From assembly GCA_041913465.1 (NCBI GenBank), contig JAYSFJ010000015.1:46548-110547 (forward strand): a stretch of 64,000 nucleotides of DNA, given 5' to 3'. Each line of letters starts with the position of its first letter. Position 1 is the stretch's first letter. Shown piece after piece: positions 56,832 to 63,379 of the stretch. Position numbers and translations under genes: made by a program. The stretch is from Mesorhizobium sp. (GTDB taxonomy: Bacteria; Pseudomonadota; Alphaproteobacteria; Rhizobiales; Rhizobiaceae). The notes under the pieces were generated by a model. The model ran no database searches, was not told where the DNA came from, and saw only the letters and a program-made list of their open reading frames with translations.

Positions 56832-58474
56832 AATCTGACATGATGGCATCACAAGAGAATTCTCTGAAGGTGGGCGCGTCTGCGCGCACTGCGCTCGTCG
56901 TCCTCGGCATGCATCGATCCGGCACGTCGGCGATGGCCGGCATTCTGGCGCAGATGGGGTGCGATCTGCCGAAGGAGCTAATGCCGCCGACGGATGCCAA
57001 TCCGAAAGGGTATTTCGAATCGTACAAGGCTTACCACCTGAACGACGATCTGCTCGCCTCTGCAGGGTCGTCCTGGGACGATTCAACCGTCTTCAATCCG
57101 GAGTGGTACGGCTCCCCACGATACCCCGAGTACCGCCAGCGGGCGGCCAAGGTCGTCGAGGAGGAGTTCGGCGATTCGGGGTTCTTCGTCCTGAAGGACC
57201 CGAGGATATGCCGTCTTCTTCCGTTCTGGCAGCGGGTGCTGTCCGATCTCGATGTCGGGCCTCGCTATGTCTGCATTCACCGGCATCCCCGGGAGGTGGC
57301 CGCCTCGCTGACCCGGCGCGAGGGCTGGTCGGAGACGGTGGGCCTTCTGCTGTGGCTGCGCCACGTTCTCGAAGCGGAGGCGGGCAGCCGGGGTAAACCC
57401 CGTTCATTCGTGTCCTACGATATGCTGTTGGCAGATTGGCGCGGCACGGTGGCCCGCATCGGCGATGAGCTCGGACTGAACTGGCCGCGTCATCCCGACA
57501 ACGCGGCGTCCGATGTCGAGGAATTCCTTTCCGTCGAGCTTCGACACTTTCGGGCGGCCGGCGAACAGATGCCAAAGCATTCGCTGGCCTTCGGTTGGGT
57601 CGCGCGAGCCTACGAGGTTCTGGAGCGCTGGGCTGCCGATGGCGAACAGACGGCCGATCATGCCGAGCTCGATGCCCTTAGGGCAGCGTTTGACGAAGCC
57701 TCGCCGCTCTTGGGTCTGGTCGCGGTGGAAAATCGGCGCCTCGAAGCAAAGCTGGCGAAGGCCGAGACGACCCTGACCGCCGCGCGGGCCGAGGCGATCG
57801 GGCACGCGGCCAATCATGCGACCGAACAGAGAAGCCGCGGCGCCTTGGAGGGGCTCGTCGCGAAGCTTGAGGCCGAACTGGAGGCGACTGCGCAAAGCAG
57901 GCGGGAGTTGGAGAACGACCTCGTCCAGACGCGCAGTGCGTTCCTACAACGCGGCCACGAACTGGACGAATTGCGGCAGCAGACGGAGCGCGACACGGCC
58001 AGAATCGCGCGGTTGTCAGGCGAATTGGAAACCTTGCGCGACGAACTTGGACACTTCGAGCAGCGCCACGAGCGCGACGCGAGGCATCTCGCACAGATGG
58101 CGCGCCAGCTTGCCCCGCTGATCAGGCAGGAGTTCGGTGCCGTAATCGACGGCAAGCGCGCGGAAGAAGCCGTCGCTCGCCTCGAGGGCGAGAAAGCCGA
58201 ACTGGCTCACGCGAAGATGCTGCTCGAAAAGCGCTACCTGACGATAAGCGAGGAGGTTTCGCGCGGCCGTGAATCGGCTGCGTCCGAGATCGCTGCCCTC
58301 GTGGCAGAACGTGACCGACTCAAGCCGCTGGAGAATGAAGTGGTAGCTCAAGCCAAGGCGCTTGAGCAGAAGGTGGCGGAACTGGAAGCGTTCCGGAGTG
58401 CGATCAAGACCAGCACCTCATGGCGCCTGACGGCGCCACTTCGCGGTCTTTCGCGGCTGGTGAAAGGGCGGTAG
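56828..58474 (+). CDS. Sulfotransferase family protein fused to a long C-terminal coiled coil
   Basis: 548 aa. The ATG overlaps the upstream stop (ATGA). VVLGMHRSGTSAMAG (5'-PSB loop), FVLKDPRICRLLPFW and CIHRHPREVAASL (3'-PB-like). From about aa 265, heptad-rich E/A/R/L sequence runs to the end, with a terminal STSWRLTAPLRGLSRL. Confidence 0.8.
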   Translation: MKSDMMASQENSLKVGASARTALVVLGMHRSGTSAMAGILAQMGCDLPKELMPPTDANPKGYFESYKAYHLNDDLLASAGSSWDDSTVFNPEWYGSPRYPEYRQRAAKVVEEEFGDSGFFVLKDPRICRLLPFWQRVLSDLDVGPRYVCIHRHPREVAASLTRREGWSETVGLLLWLRHVLEAEAGSRGKPRSFVSYDMLLADWRGTVARIGDELGLNWPRHPDNAASDVEEFLSVELRHFRAAGEQMPKHSLAFGWVARAYEVLERWAADGEQTADHAELDALRAAFDEASPLLGLVAVENRRLEAKLAKAETTLTAARAEAIGHAANHATEQRSRGALEGLVAKLEAELEATAQSRRELENDLVQTRSAFLQRGHELDELRQQTERDTARIARLSGELETLRDELGHFEQRHERDARHLAQMARQLAPLIRQEFGAVIDGKRAEEAVARLEGEKAELAHAKMLLEKRYLTISEEVSRGRESAASEIAALVAERDRLKPLENEVVAQAKALEQKVAELEAFRSAIKTSTSWRLTAPLRGLSRLVKGR

Positions 58475-58906
58475 TCAGTTCCGGGCGGACGGCCCGCCGG
58501 AAACGACGGCTGTCCTCGTCGCTATGACGAAGATGAAGTCGTAGCCGCTACCGACGTTCAGGTCTTCCGGCCGCGCGCTCGACTGGAGTGTCGGCACGCT
58601 GATGTTGGCAGTGACGAACTCGCATGCCTGGGGATGGATATCTGATGCGTAAAGCGACGCGCCGGGCAACAGATCGCGCAGATGTCGCGTCACCCGGCCG
58701 TAATCGGAAGCGAACTCAAGGACCCTGACCTCCGTCTCTTTCCGGAAACGCCGGATAGTCGCCGCCGTCTGCGCGGCGTCGGACTTACCACCTTCAAGAT
58801 AAGCCTTCCTCGCGCGTTCTTCGCCAAGTCGTCCCTTCAGAAACCCAAAGAGATGATCTTCGGGGTGTATTTCGGTCAGGAACGGCGGCGCGGTCTCGTG
58901 GTCCAT
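58475..58906 (-). pseudogene. Truncated class I SAM-dependent methyltransferase-like remnant
   Basis: ORF 58475..58999. VRVLEFASDYGRVTRHL (degenerate motif I), LYASDIHPQA (post-I) and YDFIFVIA (motif II), then the frame ends after 14 more residues. Its stop abuts the convergent gene stop with 0 nt between them. About 143 aa is too short for a complete Rossmann methyltransferase. Confidence 0.4.
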
Positions 58907-59261
58907 CCCGATTCTCTCCTGTTGGGAAGCCGCCCTTTGCCGAGATGTTCGGATGGCGATTCGATATGATCTATGAAGACTTTGCCGCATTTGGTCCATG
59001 CCTGAATCCCATCGGCGAAATTCTTTGGCTCACTATATTTCCGATCTTGTTCGTTCGATGCCCCTGCCGCGATGCTGTCGACATCTTCTCCAGCCTCCGT
59101 CCACTGGATCTCGAAACGACGGCTCATCCGCTGAGGAACATGCCCGGCCCTTTCCCTTGCCTCGCTTCCTCATTCGGTTTATATCCATCGCGATTTCCCA
59201 TTCTTCGGTGGTCTGACCACCGCCCGCGCAAGGGACGCGGGCGAACGAGAGGATATTCTTC

Positions 59262-59948
59262 ATGGCCAATACCCTGCTCATGCCCAAGGCGACCGCCGTC
59301 TGGCTGGTCGACAACACCGCGCTTTCCTTCGACCAGATCGCCTTCTTCTGCCACCTCCATCCGCTCGAGGTGCGCGCGATCGCCGACGGCGAGGCGGCGC
59401 AGGGCATCAAGGGCATGGACCCGGTCATGAACGGCCAGCTCACCCGCGACGAGATCAAGCGCGGCGAGGCGGATGCCAATTATCGCCTCAAGCTCAACGA
59501 GCCGAAGGTGCGCGTGCCCGAGGCCAAGCGCCGCGGCGGCCGCTACACGCCGCTGTCGAAGCGGCAGGATAGGCCGAACGCCATCCTGTGGCTGGTGCGC
59601 AATCATCCCGAGCTGAAGGACGCGCAGATCTCGCGTCTGGTCGGCACGACCAAGTCGACCATCGACCAGATCCGCGGCCGCACGCACTGGAACTCGGCCA
59701 GCCTCGCGCCGATGGACCCGGTCACGCTCGGCCTCTGCTCGCAGATCGACCTCGATCTCGAGGTGCAGCGCGCTTCCTCCGGCCGCGCGCCGGCCGCTCC
59801 TGTCGGCGATACGCTTCTGCCTGCATCGCTGACGGAGCGCATGCCCGTGCGCGAGGAAAAGTCCGAGGACGACGAGCTGGACGCTTCGAAAGTCTTCGCC
59901 AAGCTCTCCTCGCTCAAGCGCGCCGAGCCCGTCGACGACGACGAGTAG
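59262..59948 (+). CDS. DUF1013 family protein (TrcR-like, alphaproteobacteria-specific)
   Basis: 228 aa. MPKATAVWLVDNTALSFDQIAFFCHLHPLEVRAIADGE and RPNAILWLVRNHPELKDAQISRLVGTTKSTIDQIR match DUF1013. Acidic tail. Confidence 0.85.
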   Translation: MANTLLMPKATAVWLVDNTALSFDQIAFFCHLHPLEVRAIADGEAAQGIKGMDPVMNGQLTRDEIKRGEADANYRLKLNEPKVRVPEAKRRGGRYTPLSKRQDRPNAILWLVRNHPELKDAQISRLVGTTKSTIDQIRGRTHWNSASLAPMDPVTLGLCSQIDLDLEVQRASSGRAPAAPVGDTLLPASLTERMPVREEKSEDDELDASKVFAKLSSLKRAEPVDDDE

Positions 59949-59981
59949 GACGCCGTCGCGCGGGAGGCGGCCGCCAGGCGC

Positions 59982-60683
59982 TCAGGCCACCCGCGCGTCG
60001 TGCTCCCGCACTTCCATGCGCCGATAGAAGTCTGCGAGCGTCTTGCCGCGCTCGTGACGGAAGATCCGTCCGGCCGGCGTGATGCCGGAGAGGCGATCGA
60101 TGCGGAAGGCGCGAAAATCGTCGCGAAGCTCGCACCAGGCGATCAGTGTCCACACCTTGCCCCAGAACCAGAGACCGAGAGGCCGCACGTCGCGCTGTGT
60201 CGGCCGGCCCTGTTCGTCGCGGTAGTCGATCGCGAGCACCTGCCGCTCCTCCACCGCTCGCTCGGCGACATCGACGGCGGCCCGAACCGCGTCGCTCATC
60301 ACATACTCGGCCACGTGAATCTCGGTGCGCCGGAGGCGGTCCTTCTCGCCAGCGGGAATCACGGCGCCGATCTTGACCAGCGCCTCAGCCGCCGCCCGCG
60401 CCATGGCGGCGCCGCCGAAGGCCTGCACCATCCGGGCGCCGGCAACCAGCGCCACGATCTCGTCGCGCGTGAACATCAGGGGCGGCAGGTCGTAGCCCTC
60501 GCGCATGATGTAGCCGACGCCCGCCTCGCCGTCGATCGGCACGCCGGTCGACTGCAGGTCGGCGATGTCGCGATAGATCGTGCGCTCGGAGACCTCGAGG
60601 CGTCCGCCCAGCATCTGCGCGGTGACCAGACGGCCACCGCGCAGGTGCTGAACGATCTGAAAAAGGCGGTCGGCGCGGCGCAT
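59982..60683 (-). CDS. YafY family transcriptional regulator (HTH plus WYL domain)
   Basis: Within ORF 59982..60728, ATG at 60683. RADRLFQIVQHLRGGRLVTAQMLGGRLEVSERTIYRDIADLQSTGVPI, then a WYL-type region (VLAIDYRDEQGRPTQRDVRPLGLWFWGKVWTLIAWC). Confidence 0.88.
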   Translation of the reverse strand: MRRADRLFQIVQHLRGGRLVTAQMLGGRLEVSERTIYRDIADLQSTGVPIDGEAGVGYIMREGYDLPPLMFTRDEIVALVAGARMVQAFGGAAMARAAAEALVKIGAVIPAGEKDRLRRTEIHVAEYVMSDAVRAAVDVAERAVEERQVLAIDYRDEQGRPTQRDVRPLGLWFWGKVWTLIAWCELRDDFRAFRIDRLSGITPAGRIFRHERGKTLADFYRRMEVREHDARVA

Positions 60684-61054
60684 CAGGCGGAGAACACGCC
60701 GATGGAGTTGCCGTCCGGGTCGAGGCAATAGGCGAAACGGCCGGCGGGGATCGAAATGATCGGGGAGACAACCTGGCCGCCATTGGCTGTCACGCGGCCC
60801 ATCGCCGCCTCGACGTCGTCGACGGCGAGATGGATTGTCGGACCAGTGCCCGCGGCGGCCGGCTTGCCCGGATAGATATGGCCGGCGACCGAATCCTCGC
60901 CGGCGGCTGCGAAACGCGCCATCGGGTTCGGGCCACCATCTTCATCCTGCAACGGATTGCCGGTGACGGCGGAATAGAAGGACTTGGCGCGTACCTGGTC
61001 GGAGACGGGGATCTCGAACCAGACTGCGGCGTGCTGGGGGACTGGCGTATTCAT
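60683..61054 (-). CDS. VOC/glyoxalase family protein
   Basis: Within ORF 60683..61108. I prefer the ATG at 61054, with AAGAGG 8 nt upstream. VWFEIPVSD..FY and YCLDPDGNSIGVFS are VOC motifs. The stop overlaps the yafY-like start. Confidence 0.8.
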   Translation of the reverse strand: MNTPVPQHAAVWFEIPVSDQVRAKSFYSAVTGNPLQDEDGGPNPMARFAAAGEDSVAGHIYPGKPAAAGTGPTIHLAVDDVEAAMGRVTANGGQVVSPIISIPAGRFAYCLDPDGNSIGVFSA

Positions 61055-61087
61055 GATGACGACCTCTTGTTTGGACATCTCACCATC

Positions 61088-61127
61088 GCATGACCCTCCT
61101 GACAACATTTTGTCAGGAGGGTCATGC
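61088..61127. repeat. Perfect 18-bp inverted repeat (40-nt palindrome)
   Basis: gcatgaccctcctgacaa-catt-ttgtcaggagggtcatgc, checked base by base. It lies between the DUF1127 stop (61147) and the VOC start (61054). Confidence 0.9.
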
Positions 61128-61146
61128 AGGTTCCGGACATCTCCTG

Positions 61147-61317
61147 TCAGCGACCGCGCTGCAACTCGTCGATGACATCCGGCCAGCCGATGTCTTTCTG
61201 GATGCTGCGCGGCAGGTTGGCGATGATGCGGCGGGTGAGGGCGGCGGCGCGCATCTCGCGGCTGCGCTCGCGAACGCGGCCGAATGCTGCGAGAACGTTG
61301 ATGGTCGGCATAGCCAT
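61147..61317 (-). CDS. DUF1127 small protein
   Basis: My own translation gives MAMPTINVLAAFGRVRERSREMRAAALTRRIIANLPRSIQKDIGWPDVIDELQRGR (56 aa). The R-rich helix followed by L....KDIGW...I fits DUF1127. GGGAGAG SD upstream. Below the ORF-track length cutoff in this frame. Confidence 0.75.
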   Translation of the reverse strand: MAMPTINVLAAFGRVRERSREMRAAALTRRIIANLPRSIQKDIGWPDVIDELQRGR

Positions 61318-61396
61318 GGCTTCTCTCCCTTCTAATGAAGGGAGTATGCCAAAACCCTGCCGACAGCCTTGTGTCAGGAGCCCGGTCGCCGGTCCG

Positions 61397-62188
61397 TCAT
61401 TTCCTCTCGGCGACAGGCACCGTGTAGTTGAGCGGCAGGCGGCCGCCGTCGGCGTAGATCGTCTGGCCGGTGATGTAGGACGCATCGTCCGAAGCCAGGA
61501 AGGCGGCGACCGCCGCGATCTCGGAAGGCTCGCCAACCCGGCCGATCGGAGTGCGCGACAGGATGCGGCTTTTCGCTGCCGGGTCTGAGTTCACCGATGC
61601 GAGCATCTCGGTCATGATCGAGCCCGGCCCAATCGCGTTGACGCGGATGCCGTAGGCCGCCAGCGAAAGGGCCATCACCTTGGTGAGCTGGTTCACGCCG
61701 CCCTTCGAGATCGAATAGGGCACCTGGTTGGCAATCGCCAGGACGGCATTGATCGACGACATGTTGACGATGGCGCCCGGTGCGCCGCCGGCCTTGACCT
61801 TGTCGACCATGACGCGCGCGACGGCCTGGCCGACCAGGAACGCGCCCTTGAGGTTGACCCTGAGAACCCGGTCGAAATCCTCCTCCTTGAGGTCGAGGAA
61901 GTCGGCGCCGTGGACGATGCCGGCATTGTTGACCAGCACGTCGATGTCGCCATATGCCTCCAGGGTGGCCGCGACGAGATTGTGGGCGTCGAGCCGGTTG
62001 CCGACGTCGGTCCGGACAAAGCGCGCTTCGCCAAGCTTGCTCAGGTCCTGGGCCGCTTTCTCGCCCTTTGCCGCGTCGAGGTCTGCGATCACGACCTTCG
62101 CCTTGTCGCGTACGAAGCGTTCGGCGATGGCATAGCCGATACCGCCGGCGCCGCCGGTGACGATGGCGATCTTGCGTTCAAGCGACAT
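61397..62188 (-). CDS. SDR family oxidoreductase (classical short-chain dehydrogenase)
   Basis: ORF 61397..62203, ATG at 62188. IAIVTGGAGGIGYAIA, NNAG and YSISKGG catalytic motifs. Confidence 0.9.
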   Translation of the reverse strand: MSLERKIAIVTGGAGGIGYAIAERFVRDKAKVVIADLDAAKGEKAAQDLSKLGEARFVRTDVGNRLDAHNLVAATLEAYGDIDVLVNNAGIVHGADFLDLKEEDFDRVLRVNLKGAFLVGQAVARVMVDKVKAGGAPGAIVNMSSINAVLAIANQVPYSISKGGVNQLTKVMALSLAAYGIRVNAIGPGSIMTEMLASVNSDPAAKSRILSRTPIGRVGEPSEIAAVAAFLASDDASYITGQTIYADGGRLPLNYTVPVAERK

Positions 62189-62323
62189 GGCATGCTCCGG
62201 CAAGGGTGCGTCGCCGGCCTTATAGACTGCGGACGGATATGCGGCCAGCAGCTTTCACCCGGCCTTCAATTCGTCAAACTCGTCCCGCCTTTCCGCAAGA
62301 GGCCAGTAGGCGGCGACGGGTGG

Positions 62324-62689
62324 ATGACCGATTTCAGGATTCTGTGGCGCTTCGTGTTCGAGGCAGACGAACAGCCGTCCGCGCAGGGCGCGGCCCGGCG
62401 GGTGGCCGATCTCCTCGCGATTTCCGACCTTCCGCCGGTCGCGGCCTACAAGGAGCCGAACTGGTGGATGACCGATATCGTGGTGGAGGCGAGCGACGCC
62501 ACGCTGCCTGCGCTTTTCGGCCGGCTGCTCGCATGTGCCGGCCGGCTTGCCAACGAATGGTCGGTGCACGGGCTCGCCGGGCTGGAGGCGGGCGAGAGCT
62601 GCTATGCGATCTACAATGTCGGCGAGCGCAATCCGCCAGCCGTCGACGGCCTGCGATGGGCGCTGGTGGAAGCCTGGCCGAAAGACTGA
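62324..62689 (+). CDS. Hypothetical 121-aa protein
   Basis: In-frame ATG at 62324 within ORF 61910..62689. The upstream part is antisense to the SDR gene. High third-position GC. I do not recognise a family. Confidence 0.5.
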   Translation: MTDFRILWRFVFEADEQPSAQGAARRVADLLAISDLPPVAAYKEPNWWMTDIVVEASDATLPALFGRLLACAGRLANEWSVHGLAGLEAGESCYAIYNVGERNPPAVDGLRWALVEAWPKD

Positions 62690-62711
62690 AACCCGCTGTC
62701 CGCGCGCCCGG

Positions 62712-63047
62712 TCAATCGACGCGGGGCGCGCAGTAGAGGCCGTAGAGCGTCTTGAGAACCTCGCCGACCTCTTCGCTCGCCAGGCTGTAATAGATCGTCT
62801 GCCCTTCACGACGCGTCGCGACCAGATCGAGCGCCCGCATCTTCGCCAGATGCTGGGACAGGGCTGGCACCGCCAGTCCGACGATCTCCGCCAGATGGCC
62901 GACCGACTTCTCGCCTTCGAGCAGATTGCACAGCACGACCAGCCGCTTGGCATTGGCCATCGCGGTCAGCAGCCGGGAGGCCTCCTCGGCGCTCGCCTCG
63001 AAGGCCGCCAGGGACTTGGCGTTCATTTCGATATTCATGCTTGACAT
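62712..63047 (-). CDS. bigR: ArsR/SmtB family regulator, BigR-like (sulfide/persulfide-responsive type)
   Basis: ORF 62712..63074, ATG at 63047. LLTAMANAKRLVVLCNLLEGEKSVGHLAEIVGLAVPALSQHLAKMR, with Cys in VLCNLL and near the C-terminus (LYCAP), as in BigR. Divergent from a DUF2892 gene and an MBL hydrolase gene. Confidence 0.8.
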   Translation of the reverse strand: MSSMNIEMNAKSLAAFEASAEEASRLLTAMANAKRLVVLCNLLEGEKSVGHLAEIVGLAVPALSQHLAKMRALDLVATRREGQTIYYSLASEEVGEVLKTLYGLYCAPRVD

Positions 63048-63070
63048 ATTAGCAGTTGCGCAACTATTTA
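63040..63070 (+). promoter_or_regulatory. Sigma-70-like promoter overlapped by a 12-bp palindrome (candidate BigR operator)
   Basis: CTTGAC at 63040-63045, N18, then CTATTT at 63064-63069. The perfect palindrome AGTTGCGCAACT (63054-63065) lies within the spacer and -10 region. Confidence 0.45.
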
Positions 63071-63097
63071 ACAATCAGTTTCTCGATGGAGGTTCCC

Positions 63098-63322
63098 ATG
63101 ATCAATGTCGGCGCGCCCGATCGCATAATCCGCATCGTCCTCGGTCTCGTTCTGCTGGTGGTTCCCTTTCTGCCGATGACGGCGTCTTTCTTCGCTGCCT
63201 GGGGCACATGGAAGCTCCTCGTCGCCGCCATTGGGCTGGTGCTGGTCGTCACCGGTGCCCTTCGCATCTGCCCACTCTACGCGATTCTCGGCATCAACAC
63301 CTGCCCGGCAAACAGGCGCTGA
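63098..63322 (+). CDS. DUF2892 (YgaP-like) small membrane protein
   Basis: Within ORF 63056..63322. ATG at 63098 with GGAGG upstream. INVGAPDRIIRIVLGLVLLVV..GLVLVVTGALRICPLYAILGINTC fits DUF2892. Confidence 0.75.
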   Translation: MINVGAPDRIIRIVLGLVLLVVPFLPMTASFFAAWGTWKLLVAAIGLVLVVTGALRICPLYAILGINTCPANRR

Positions 63323-63379
63323 TCGCGGCCGGCGTTCAACGTCCCATTGTCTGAAAGTCCGGATCAGAGGAATCGTCTT

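Noticed and set aside
61910-62323. Upstream 138 codons of ORF 61910..62689
   Set aside because: They are antisense to the well-supported SDR gene (61397-62188). Only the part from the ATG at 62324 lies in otherwise unoccupied sequence.
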